From positions 992,001 to 1,056,000 of the forward strand of contig JAYWIR010000040.1 of the NCBI GenBank assembly GCA_036172245.1: a stretch of 64,000 bases of DNA. Direction: 5' to 3'. Position 1 is the stretch's first letter. Every line of letters starts with the position of its first letter. The position numbers and the translations under genes are program-made. The stretch comes from Raillietiella orientalis. Lineage: Eukaryota. The notes below the pieces were generated by a model, which made no database searches, was not told the origin of the DNA, and saw nothing but the letters and a program-made list of their open reading frames with translations. Shown piece after piece: positions 1 through 12,435 of the stretch.

Positions 1-93
1 CTCCCATTTCTGCAGCTTTCCGCCATCAGGAGAGGTGAGACGAAAATGGAAGAGTCGAATTCTCCGTTGCGGCGTAGCGCATTTTTCCTGCTC

Positions 94-2336
94 GTCGGTG
101 GACTAGAGTTCGCTCTCCATGAAGGGTGTGGTCACTGTACCGTCTGATGCACAGGAGCTGAGGTTGGAAAATCTTGAAAGGGCTCTGGTGCAGTGTGGAA
201 GCAGGAGTCGCATCTCCTAGTTCACGGTCCAGGCGGGAAGCGGTTCCCGAGTCGCTACAGCAGACGGACCGCTTCTTACGCTCGAACCCGCCTAGGGGCT
301 GCGCTCCCGGCCAATTCCCCGTACGCCAAATCGAATGGACGATTCGAAGGCGCAGACCTTCAGGCGGAAGGTGGCGCGCGCAAATGCGGACGTGCGAAAT
401 CATCTCGAAGAGAATGCGGAAGCTTTATTTTCGTCCACTCGGTTTCCTTAGTGATTTTGATCTCGGATCTTGTCTCGATTCTTGATTTTTCGGGGCTTTG
501 CTCTCTTCCAACTGTTCGCTCTTCTGATTTCTATGAGGAGCGAATTGCTGGTGAATTCTCTTGAGATGACCACAAGGTAGCTCGGATTTCGTGTTTTGAT
601 TCTGGTCTTTGATGACTTCCCGGAAAATAGTACAGAGTATGATTGTTTCTGTTCTGAGAAGAAGGAAACACCGTACAATTCGTTGTTTTCTTCCGGATTC
701 GCAGGCCTTGTCGTCAGCAAAACGGTCTCGTTGCCCGGAGGCTGCAGAGAGGAAGTAGGCGAGTTTAGGGATTGGTTGCATTATTTGAACCGCAAGTGAT
801 CATTGCAAGCAAGCCGCAGATTTGTGAAACTTCCCGAATAGGTAGAGGGAGGAGCCACAGCTTCCTGTGGCTGCTCCCAGAAGAAAGGCACGCAACTTAC
901 AACCACTTCGACGAAATCCATGGTTTCCGTAGGCAAGCAAATGAGTTTGTTTGAAATCAGAGTAGTTTTTCCGTAACCAAGGACAACTTTGCGTTCTGGC
1001 AGCGGCAGCACTTCCATCACGACGTCCAATTCCTCGTTAGCAACGTCCCACGTCAATTTCAGGCTCCGAATTGCAAACGCACTATGCTCGAACTCTTTTT
1101 CCAGGCTCCTCAACGAAAACCTGGATGCGAATGAAAGGGATTAGGAAACTGCGGGAGCTCGGTCGATGTTTCCCCAGGGAAGCGGTCGCACTTTCTTTCC
1201 CGCAAAGAGTCGGTCCCGGGAGGAAAGGGTGTTGTCCAGACCGCGTTCCCCACTCTTCATGCAAGAACAGCTCGCATAGGAAACCTCCCGTCCCCCGTGG
1301 GAGAGCTCCCAAGCAGTGACCAGGAAGGCTTCGTGCCCGAACGTCAGCACGACCTGCGTTGCTCCTCGCGAATAGAAAGCAACGCTGGTGGTCAGCAAAG
1401 AATTCCCCTCAGCAACGTCGCCGGACAACGCCGGAAAGTCGGAGATTCCAACCGAACCGCTCTCACCTTTTCGTTCTTAAGGCATCTTCGATCTCTACAA
1501 ATCCCCGTGGGCTGTCCTCGGAAGGTAGGTCGCACGTGTTTCGCGAGATTGTCGTTCTGTTCACGGTGATTCTCACGGCGAAGTGTCCCTGCACAGAATG
1601 GAGTGGTCCATGTCATCGGATGCTGCTACGAGCGGGCGGGGTAAATTGCAACTCACATCACTGGAAAAGTAGCACGAGCCCTTTGAGTTGGACAGGGGCG
1701 TGTTATAAATCCCTCCGGGAGATACGGGAATGTCACAAAGCTCTTCTCGTAACGTCTCCTGTTCTCTTTCGGCGCGAAGAGGTATGCGTCGTCCATCTTT
1801 CTATCATCAAAGGAACAAGTTACTGGGCGCTCTTTGCGCAGATTTTCGTACCCGTCGCGCGGAGAGCGTAGGCCAAACGCAGGAGCACAGGAGAAGAGCT
1901 GCGATCACAGGGAGCATTGCCGCTTTCGTACAATCCAGCGGATTCCAGAGTCGGAGGGTGGCGGGGTGCTGCGATGGGATGGCAGGTGCCCTCGTGGACG
2001 GGAGCTGGTCGGCGGTCCTGGAGAATCTTCGACCTGGTGCGGCGCGCCTCCCACGTATACACACGAAAGTGTCGAGCGACAAGTGTCGCGATCCTTCATT
2101 AGCTGGGGACGCGCGTCATCGAGCAGGCGGAGGACCTCCGCGGTGGTTCTAATTATGCTTCCCTTTGGCGTCTGTCGCTCGCCCCAAGCAAATAGATTTT
2201 CCAGAAGATGCCATCGGCACGCGGTGGGCGGTCTCATGCCACGTAGATGCGGGAGCAGCTGAATGCCTTTCCGCGCGTTTCATGATGCAGGCAGAGCCAA
2301 AGCTGAGACCTGGAACGAGGTCCGAAGAGTGAGAGA
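94..2336 (+). repeat. Third (direct) copy of a ~2.25 kb segment also at 31014-33258 (+) and ~44398-46627 (-); decayed LINE RT/3' half
   Basis: Identity starts at GTCGGTGGACTAGAGTT (94 and 31014) and ends near GAAGAGTGAGAG. Contains degenerate RT motifs: FSGL, TR*LGF (YLG motif, ~572-590) and KLPE*VEGG (thumb-like). Confidence 0.85.
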
Positions 2337-3299
2337 GTGCATCCTTGCCGTCGCTCGCTGCAGTGAAGGGTCAGCGAATGCGGGTCATCCTTGCGCTGAT
2401 GATGGTCGGTAAGTTAGCGCCTGGGGAGAGCTTTTGGTTCCCGCCCCCTTCCCGGAATCACGTTATTTGTGTCCTTCTTGTGTGGACACTTGCTTCAATG
2501 CCACGCGAGAAACTCCTCCATGGACCACATCCTTCGCTTTCCCATTTCACGGGAAAACCCCAAGCCTGACGGCGGCGACGAATCTTCAACGGGTAGTCAG
2601 GAACGCGTACACGGTTCGTTCCACCTGACTGTCGACCTGCGGTCACGTATCCTTCTCCGGAAACGGTCACGGAGGGATGCCTGCGGAGACCGAAGAGCTG
2701 CTGCAGCCGCATAGTAGCCAGCCCAAGGCGAGATCCGCTAAACTGTGATCACGAGAAAGAGGTTATGGACACCGACGCAACCTCCCGGTTGTGTGGTCAG
2801 TACCCATCGTCGTCACTGCTCGTGCCATCCAGAGGTCAATCCGAGTTCTCAAGCGTGACCTCGTTCGAGGCTGCCCTGCAGCACCCTTCCGCTTCCAGTA
2901 CCCTGCGTCCAAGGAGAGTTCCTGCAATGTGGGTGGGTGATCCTTACAGGAAACAAGGGTGCTTGGAGAGGACGTGGATGCGTGCAAGGTAGAGTACCAT
3001 CTGTACCATCGCGCGCGTATTCGTTGCCTGGGTTTCCACGCGAGCGCACGCTGTCTTTGTGGTAGCACAACGCGTAGCAACAGGGCCGATCGGCTGCCTC
3101 GGTGGAGCGGCACCAGTGCTCCTACAGAAGCTGCTCCCCCACGCACGAAACAGCACGCGCTTCCGGGTTCTGCACGCATCGGCGCACGCTGCCTTGCGTG
3201 CCACCTGGGTGAAGCTGCATCTTCTTTCTTCTTCTCTGTTTGCGTCTGGTTCGGAAACGATGGCCCAGTCCCGCAAATGGTCGAGCGGCTTCCCTCGTG

Positions 3300-4880
3300 T
3301 CCACGCACCCGTAGGGTGTCCGTTTTAAGCGAGACCTAGCGGCCGGCGCCGATGATGCTTCAGGAGGAGGAGCAGAGTCCCATGCTACCATCTCGAAAGA
3401 TGCTTCTCGCCCGTCGTTGCCATTCTCGATTGATAGTCCTTCCTGCACGCAGCGCCATCTGTTCGCGAGAAAGGGAGGAAACGGCAACCCGTATGGCACA
3501 TCCTCGTTCGCGCGCGCCACGCGGGCGGAATCAGGAAGGAGGCAGCGACTGAGAGCACATAATTCGATGAAGAAAGAAATGAAAGAGCAAATGAAGAAAT
3601 GAAGGAACGCCAGTGGAGAGGACCTGCCGTGAAACCTTTGGCACGATTCCTTTCTTGAAGTGGGGACGGGTGCGCAGCGAGTAAAGTGTTCGAACCGAGC
3701 CGGTCCCACTCGACAGCAAATCCCTGTGTGGCTCGCCTTGGGCAACACCGTTTCCTGCGTACACTTCCTACCCGTTTAACGATGGGTTCCTACCAGTTGT
3801 CCTTCCCAAGAAAGAGGTGCTCCCGTCGCGTTGCGCGCTTCCCACCGCTCTCGTGCTGCGGGGTTGGCGGTGGATAGTCACCTCTTGCAGCCACGCAACA
3901 CAAGGTACCCCCTGATCGCCTTTGGGTAGGTGGCAGGGTCGTTCGAGGTCGCTGCCAAGGTCGTCGGACGTCATCAGCAACGAAAGCAGCGCTATTCGAG
4001 TGCGCGTCACCGCAACACCGATGGTGCATCTCTCGTTGTGGCGTGGGAAAGCGCTGCGAGGGACACGGGAAAGCAAGAACAGCAGCATTCCTGTCGAGGC
4101 ACGACATCAAGGGACGCATAGAAGCCTTCGTGGCAGCGGAGAGGCTGCCCACGATTCAGCTGCGGTCCGCAAACGATCAGACAGCCCCTTCGGACAGCGA
4201 ATGTCGCCCATCCATCGCAGCAGCCGCAGCCTGAGCTCCGATATCTGCTAAGGCTGCCGTCTCGGAGCCGCGTTTGCACAGCCTGCGGCCGGGGCCTCGT
4301 CCAGCCGTTCGATCCTGCAATTCGCATTGGAAGGTGTGCGCTGCCCCGGAAGTACTCCATTCGGAGGTCCCCGGACAGCTTGTTCGGACCTCTGGAGGGG
4401 ACGCAAACAAACTTCTGGTAAAGTGGGAAAGGGCCGAAGATGCAAAAACACAACGAGTTCTTCGCCGGGAGACAGGATGCTGGAACCAAAGAAAGGGACC
4501 AAGCAACCACCAACTCTGCCTTCAGACATGGTTTTACGTAACTTTGTTCCGGAACCTGCAGCGGAGGCAACCCTGCAGGGTCACTCTCGCTCACCGCACC
4601 AACACGAACGGCCGAGGACGCACACGGCCTTTTCAAGACGCAGCGAACGGGCTAATGGGCCGATTAACTCCTATCTTCGCCTGCAAAGGGCTGCGGTTGC
4701 AGGGCCTTGCGCGCAGCATTGTGGTTGGTCAAGCACTAGGCGATGGGAAGGGCTGGACAGCCCCTCGGCGACAAGTGGGGGCCCTGAGCGTAGGCGCGGT
4801 GCGCTCCGACGCCGGTGACTCCCGCCGGCGTGCCGGTGCAACCACCCTTGGAAAGGTCTGCAGAATGTGGTCGTTGAGAT
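3300..4880 (+). mobile_element. Decayed RT remnant, possibly RTE-clade LINE
   Basis: GRCQG...ALF, LRSAND (LRFADD-like), EVPGQ (YLGQ-like) and CLQTW (ETW-like) in order. Confidence 0.35.
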
Positions 4881-5029
4881 CCTGAAGCAAAAACAAACAG
4901 AGAAACGTGACCAAAGACCGACTCTTACGCCTTTCCTCTTTTCTTTGTGCGGCTTCTTGATCGCCGCTGGAAGAGGAGATTTGAGCTTCGCCCCTCCTTC
5001 CTTCGATTCGTTGGAACTCGAAACCGATG

Positions 5030-6300
5030 ATGATGCCGCAGGAGCCGACCAGCATACGAAGTTCAAACAATGGTTGAGGAGCGTAACCCAATATTCTTTC
5101 TCCAGTATTTTTGTCAATGCGGAAGAGCGGGTCACTCTCAAATAGAACTGAGGTCTGAATGAGTCTTACCTGATGCGATGACCATTGTCACTGCGTGTCA
5201 ACACACTTAATCGAAAGAAAGCGACTTCCTGTCACGCAAGGAGGCCATGGATGCACTTGACGAAGGATGAAATCTTTTCACTTTGCAGTGCTCACCGTTC
5301 AGCCCAGTTTGGACTGAGCAGGACGTTTCGGAAGTTGCCACAGAAATCTTCACTCTGGATGCCTCCTGCATCACCTGGAACACGAGCGTCCATTTCTCGA
5401 AAGAACTCCTTCGATGCCACTTCATAAACGCTGGTAGAAGAGGAGACCTCCTTCGAGTTTCCTTGATGTGCCAGCGATGGATTCAGGCAAGAACCTTTAT
5501 CCGCCTGAATGCCATTCAAGATTTTCCTATCCGCGTGGCATTCGGTCTTCCGCCTATTTCTGAGGTCAACAGACGATGCATAGCGACTACGTTGATGCCT
5601 TTCTCTCTTCTGCCTGCAGTGGCGATTGCAGTCCGCTATCCGTTCTTCACCCAGCGCTCTCCAGCTCTCCTGGTGTCCGAAATTTTCCAGCGTGCAGAAA
5701 GCATGAAGGAAAGACGAAGAGAGCAGCATTTTCCTAGGAAGGACCACTCGGCGAATCGTAACGCAGCCATCGTCCAGTTGCTCCTGCACGAGTGCGTGCG
5801 ACCGCCTCCGGCTTGTGGAGGCGCATGGAAAACGCAAGTGCGGCGAAAATCCACCGTCTTGTGTTTGCTCGGCTGAATGGTGCAGGGAATGGGGAGGGGG
5901 GAGAAAACGTGCCGAAACGAATGATCCCGCGAGAAACGGTGCCCTCCTGCACGAATCCATCGCACGTGTCGCAACTTGCATCCATGCAGAGCTGTCACCT
6001 CGAACACCACTTTAAGAGCAAAATGCATCGTATAAGTGATCAACTCATTGGAAGCTTGGGGGGAGCATGGCAAGTCTCCTGGACTGGAACAGGAAACGGC
6101 TCCATGCAACATGGCTGCACGGAGAATGCAAGAAACAGCAGCGATGCTCTCGGCTGCACTGCCGGCACGGAGAATTCTTTCGGACTTTTCGGGCTGCCAA
6201 GCTGGCATCGGTGCTGGTGCTGGTGCTGCTGTGGCTTCAGCCTCTCCGGGCCTTGCTGCAATGATCGCTCTTCGGTCACTGTCCCCTTTGTGCTGTCAGC
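5030..6300 (-). mobile_element. Decayed non-LTR RT N-terminal fragment
   Basis: DSFRPQFYLRVT...LTKILEK resembles the xYRPISLL...KILEK motif. Confidence 0.35.
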
Positions 6301-6899
6301 CAAAGTGGCTGATCGGGGCAGCCCATTCCTTCAGCTGTCCTCTGAACCCGCTGAGTGAAAGAAAACTCTTCCGCCGGCTTTGCAGCTTTGGAAACGTGTT
6401 CACGCACTGCCCGTGTCCATCGGTCGTGCATCGGATTCCTTGAGCCAAATTCCATTCTCCAAAAGTTCCTCCAGGTCAACGTGTTTCGGACGTGGAGCGT
6501 TGTCTGCAGTGCCTCCCGGAATCCATTCCCACGCACGCCGGAAACAGCAAGAAGGAAAAGCAGGAACTGCATGACGGATTGGGCCGTTCCTCAAACCAAA
6601 GACGGGAAGCCGCAGTTTCCGCCCTTCCAATCGTTTCGTCTTCCGGTGGCCGAGAGCGAAGCAGGCGTCATGGTGCCAGAACTGCTTGACCCCATGTGCG
6701 ACGAGGCATCCATTCCTACGGTCAGCACCAGGCTCTGCAAGATCCGCCTGGAGAAAGAGAAGAGAAAAATACGGATTTCAAGCGACGCGTTGATTCCTCT
6801 CGGGAAATCTGAAAAGTGACCGCGTGTTCACAGAATGGCTTCACGACCTTTTGGGTCAGGTCAAAGAATCGCAACTACGACAAGAGTAGTGCCCGCCAA

Positions 6900-9700
6900 T
6901 TCTCGTCGGCCGACTCAACTGCTGACCACGAGTCCCAATGGTGCAAGCGAACCGCATTTCCGCTGCAGGGACGCGATTCCGCATCGGCCTTAGGGAAGCC
7001 TCTGCAGAAAACTGCTGTCCTCCCACACACGCGTCAGTTCAAACGGGAGGAGCGTGGATAATCGCAGGATGCCTGCAGGTGGATCGTTTTTCGGCCAGGC
7101 CCAGTCCACGGCGCTGACGCTCCCGTCCGCTGCGTGCTCAGACTGGCCAGCGGGTGCGGGTGCTTGAAGTGAAGGCGGTGTCGCCCGACGGTTGGACACA
7201 CTTCCCTGCTGAACGAGCGGAGCACCCTGGAGACGGTTGTGCGGTGGCCAGTGGGCAATGGCTGAGCCCTCCAATCCGATCCATAGGCGAGGTGCTGGCT
7301 GGAATCGCTTGCGCGCTTGGTCGAGTGGATTTCGCTGCAATTGCACGGACGGTATGGCAGTCGCCCAAATCGTCGTCGCCTGCTGCACCATCCTGGAGAT
7401 TTCATCCTGATTGTGGTTTCCTCCCTCAACGTTCGCAATTCCAACAACGACCGGAAACTTTGGGCCTCCTTGCTGGCCAGCGAGAGGTCACTTGTCACGA
7501 ACAGCGAGTTGCTCATTTCTACTACACGTTGATGGATAGAGTGCCGCATCTTGTGCTTAAGTGGCCGAGTTCGGCATGGTATCTTGGACAGAGAGCCAGT
7601 AACGTGTTTTCCTGCCGCTGCTCTCATTCGTTTGGCGGAATCCTGGAAAGCAAAAAGACTGGCGGAGTAGAGTGTAAACACGAAAATCTGGAATGACAGC
7701 TGTGCATCCCGGAAATGCAACTCCTGCTCAGCGGATTGGCGTTGGCGTTCCGTCTTCTTCCTAGTGTTGCGGGAAGGAGATGCATTTGGCAAACTTGTCG
7801 CCCACGTGCAACATTGCGCGACCCAACTGCTGCCTCGCTTTCCTTCGCTGTGGGCACTCTTCGTCATGCTGAATCGCAAACGGTGGCGAACGCGTCATCA
7901 CCACCCGATCACATGACGAAATTTGAAGCGCTTCCTCCTGGATCACCGTACCGGGATTTCGCTCGCGCGATCGCCTATCCGGAAGCAGGAACCAGGAAGA
8001 GTAGCAAACTGCACGGATTTCCTGAAGGGAGCAACTCCAACCAGCTTGCCGGCCGCCAACTTCGTGTGGCCGCCTCCCAAACATCCCTTGCTTTCGAAAC
8101 GCCGCGCGCAACGCATTTCGGGAGCTGTTGCGGTTGTGCAATCCCAATTGGCTCGCGTTCGCCCAGTGCCTTTGCATGTGACGAACTTGTCATCGTCATC
8201 ATCGGAAGCAAATTCGAGCGTTCAACGCTGCTCTTTGCGTTTCGTCGATGGAACGCCCGTTGCATGTTGCGAGTCGCGAACTGCTGCTGACCTACGTCCT
8301 CAAACGATGGCAGCATGCGGGCTCCACTTCTGGTTTCGTGCTCAGCGGGTGCTCATTTGCTTTGGAAAAACGAAACTTTGAGAGGAGCGGATGCATTTTC
8401 CCGTGGGGCACCCGAAGTCCATGGAAGATAGCCGAAGAAAGCGGCCAAGGAATACCTTGGGATAGGAAATCGTCTCGGTGGGCTGCTTGCTGAAGAAGGA
8501 ACGTGACTTTCTTTGGGCATCCTTCGAAAGAGATTTTGCGTGTTTGCATCATTGCGTGCGTGCCAAACATCAACTTTCTCCCTGCGGCAGGCGAACCTCA
8601 TCCGTCGTCGTCCAAGTACATTTGGGCTCGAGGACATCAATTCGAGTATACTGGCTGGGTTGAAAGCTGCGACAGCTGAAAGGTGCCCCGAGGAACGCCC
8701 TGCTTCCTTCTTGCAGCCCATACAAAAATTCGTTTGGCGAATGTTCTCGCAAGGCGTGAGACACACAATCGAAGAATGGGAATGTTGAGCATTGCAAGTG
8801 CGACGCTGGTCGAGCGGGAAGGAAGCTCAAATGCATCCCTCCGATGCACTGATGGGGAGGAGGACTGAGGTCTTCCACGGACGTCGCACTAGCTGAGCAC
8901 GGGTTGATGAAAGCAAGGCCAGAGGAGGGTAGCGAGATAGCCAAGTCGCTGAGCGCACATGGAGACCTGTTGGCGCCATTGCAGTGCGGATCGTACAATG
9001 CGAGCGTGGGAAGGGAATGGCGTTGGCATTCGGCACACAAGAGTGCCTGTGGCATGGGCGGCTCTCGTCCAGGGACATTCCGCGAAGAGCGCTCTTTCCG
9101 TCCGGTTGCCAGTTCCAAACTTGAAATTCCTGGAGGTGAACCGGGACGCGGGCGTGCGTGCGCGGGCTGCCGTCGACGCGTGTGCGCCCACGGTGCTTTT
9201 TCTTGCAAGGTGCGAGCAGATGACGGGCGATCGAAAGTTTGCGACTGCGACGGCGAAGAGCGCCGTCGTTCGAGCGGCGCTCGCTGAGTGATTTCTCCAG
9301 AAAAGAAAGTTGCCCCCTTTCGTGGGAACACCCGAGTCCACCTGCCAAGTGGATGCCGGTTTGGTGCGATGCAAGGGACCCTGTCGCTTCCGGACAAATG
9401 AGCGACATGATGGGATGCGATCGATCTGCCCTCAGCTGTTTCACCGCAGTCTTTCGAGGGCGTGCAGGCGAGGAGACAGCAGGGGGAGCATGAAATATTG
9501 CGGCGCAAATGTTCCGTGCTTTCGAGAAAGTTCTTGGTGTTTAGAGGATCGGAAGTGCCCTCGCAAGGCGGAGACTCCCCGCGGAATTTCCTTCTTAGCC
9601 GCGCGAAAGCCTGTACGACACGGTCCTTCGCAGCTTCATGCCGAGGAAGAGAAGGCTTGGCGGCGCGGATAGCAAACCGGAAAGTCGAAATCTCGAAAGT
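6900..9700 (+). mobile_element. Probable decayed non-LTR RT fragment(s)
   Basis: LHGFPEG (QxGF-like) and ELLLTYVL (PLLF-like) in GC-rich, ORF-fragmented sequence; weak. Confidence 0.25.
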
Positions 9701-11630
9701 TGGCCGACGCACGTGTTTGCTGCATCTCTTTCGCATATTTGCCCACGTGATAAATACATTGGAGACGAAAATGCAAGCACCGAATTATTAACTTTAAAAG
9801 AAATGGTGTCGATGATAACTGGAGCATACCAAGTGCATAAATAGTCACATATTCAATGAGTGTAAATTCAAATGTATCTGTCGATGCGCGTTTGTGTACC
9901 TAATAAGCATGTATGTTTACTTTCTTTGCAGCACATACGTTCTTAGTGGGCACTTTGGTACACTTCCCTTTGGAAGCAATCCTACGTATGTTGGTAAACG
10001 TTGGTGAGGATCGACGTTGCAAGCAACTTTGCGCATTCCTCTGCCCGTGCAAAAGTGCACACATGCATATTCATGTATAGAGTAAGGTGGAACACGTGTA
10101 TTTTGCATCTTTCCAATGTGCATCGACCTTACCAATTCAGTCGCACCAACAGAGGTAACGAGGGTTTCGATTTCTTTTTTTTTTTTTTAATCTTTCGGGA
10201 CTCAGGGATGCGGGAGTTTCGATTCGGAGATTTGGACGTTCGGGGTTTTGCAGCGATCCCGGCCTTGGCCTACCTTCGGAGCAATTCGAATTCGGGACAC
10301 GACATTCCTGAGGAAGCAGGGCACCGCAGCCCTCTCACCGAGGGTGGCAGCTGCGCTCGTCGAAGAGTCTTCACGAAAAAACCTCCCGGAACTGCTCTTC
10401 GGCAAGGAGCAACTCGGTACGACTCCTCCCTCGTCTTCACGCCATCTGCCGCATTTCCGAAAATGCTCAAGATGAGCATTTCAGGAAAACCGGAAGAGAT
10501 GCGTGCAGATCGGAAGCAGAATGCGAGGAACGGAGACCTCTGGTCACTTCCGATCGGAGCGCCGTCCAGCGATTCAAACGCGCTTCAGCCCAGCGCATCA
10601 TCTTCGACGGGCACTGCAAGTTCTTTTTTGCCATGTTGGGGGGTTACGGCCGAACGGGTGAACTGTTCCTTCCACGCATGTCCTCGGCTCGCTTTCTCCT
10701 TCCCCCTCTGAGATGCTGCGTGATCATCCCCGGCATCGCGTCGAAACGGGATTCCACCTGCGCTCGAACCGTGCAAGAAGGTCCACAGCTGAAGAACGCC
10801 GATCACCTTTTGTCGCGACGTCCGCTCGCGCAGCAGCCGCAGCGGATCCCCTCGTGCAAACGGCCAACTTCGAACTCTGCTGGCGTGCGTAGCGCCCCAA
10901 TGGGCGAGGATTTTGAGATGAGGGGGGCGATCGCCGAGCGAGAAGATTGCGCACAACACGAAGCAATGCGGTTGCCGCGGAGTGCTGCGGACTTGCAGAA
11001 GCCGGAGGCGAAACCACGCGACGTCCGTATCCAAGCAGGAACGGGAAGAAATCCTGCCGGCCGGCGATGTTCCTTCCATCCCGATGCCCCAGGGCCAACC
11101 CGTGGATGCGGTCCTCGATGTCGTCCGCCATGTCCGGACGGCAGCGGCTCGAATCTCTCCCGAGCTCGGATGCGAGGGGTGGTCGCTTCCGAAACGGAAA
11201 AGAGGCACCCCCGCGTGAGATGGGATCGCTAACACTTTGCCGTGCGCTTCACCTTTCGGAAATTTGGAGAGTGCGTGAACCTCGGTGTGCAGCCGGTGTT
11301 GGCCGCGGGGCTGCAGAGGAACGAACAAATCCAAGGGGAGAGTCCTGGCACTACCGCGGGAAGTTGGTTTCCGAAAGCGGTGCGTGAGCTGCTCTCGCAC
11401 CACGCGCAGCCGTTCCACCTGCTGAAGTGCTTCATCGGATGGATGGAAGAGTTCAGTTGCCCTTCCAGCCTCGGAGGAGAAGGTTCCCGCATGTGTTCCC
11501 GCTCGACGGTCAGCAGGCAAGGAGTCTCGACCGCTGCCTACCTGCGGTGCGACACCGCAAGGAGACTCTCCTTCCCTTGACAACAAGGCTACACACCGTT
11601 GCACATGTTCCGATCCTCAACACCGACTGA

Positions 11631-12430
11631 CGTCCTTCCGCGGAAGCGCTGCAAGAGAATTTGCAGACGTTGGCACTCTTTCCCTGGCACCTTCTGGCAC
11701 GCTCGCATCTCTCGCCGGGCGATTCTGCGACGGCTCCGAAGCGACGAGACTCTCTTCCGGTGAGGTCCCGCGTGCTGCGAATGGACGAGAGAAGTTGACC
11801 GTTCCTCCTTCCTGGCATTTCGTCCGTGACATGGTGATGTCGTCTACTTGCACGTCGAAGGACCTTCATCCGCGCTCTATCGTGTTCTTCTTACGAGGAC
11901 ACGCACGAACGCGTGCAACCAATCGCTGCTCGTCCCGAGGAGCGGGTCGAACGAATCGTTCGCCGGGAGGAGATGGGAGATCGTCGCTGACGAGTCCTGG
12001 ATCAGACGGAATGTTCGCTCGTAACCGGGGCTCGCGGGCGAAACGCTCGGACCGCTGCGTGCATGGAGATGAGACCCCGCAGATGAACCCAAGCTGTCGA
12101 TCGGAATCCGCCGATGCCGGAGATTCTCCGCATCCTGCGAGACCCCGCATGTGATCGCTGGCGGCGACATCGCCGCACAGCACGACGCACCGAAGAAGCT
12201 CGAAGGGCAGATCGCGCGTGCGAGCCGCGACGGTCGACCTGACCAGCTCCATGCGACCACCGAGAGAAGAGCCTTCTTAGACTGTTGCTGGAAGCACTGC
12301 TGCTCCAGGAGGAGCGGTCGTCCTCCAGGATGAAGCGCCGCCCCTGTCGACGATCCGACACGAAAACCCTTTGACCTGAGGAAAGAGGCTGCTCGCATCG
12401 ACTCCACGACCCTTGACGGTCCGAGGGCAC
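11631..12430 (+). mobile_element. 5' end/ORF1 start of a related L1/Tx1-like element
   Basis: Shares CGTCCTTCCGCG...GAATTTGCAGACGTTGGCACTCTTTCCCTGGCACCTTCTGGCACGCTCGCA with 58794-58870; translates TAPKRRDSLPVRSRVLRMD vs MAPKRREGVPVGSRVARMD. Confidence 0.65.
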
Positions 12431-12435
12431 TCTCG

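Noticed and set aside
781..1113. 110 aa minus-strand ORF open in all three repeat copies (also 31709-32041 and 45600-45932), with an acceptor-like CAG upstream
   Set aside because: It is antisense to the decayed RT thumb region, resembles no protein I recognise, and its persistence is explained by recent duplication.
8570..11604. 388 aa and 339 aa minus-strand ORFs
   Set aside because: Arg/Ser/Pro-rich chance ORFs in GC-rich TE debris with no recognisable domain.
11985..12020. Hammerhead-like CTGACGA-GTC...GAC-GGAA
   Set aside because: Lacks GAAA, and no proper stems I/III with an NUH site could be formed.
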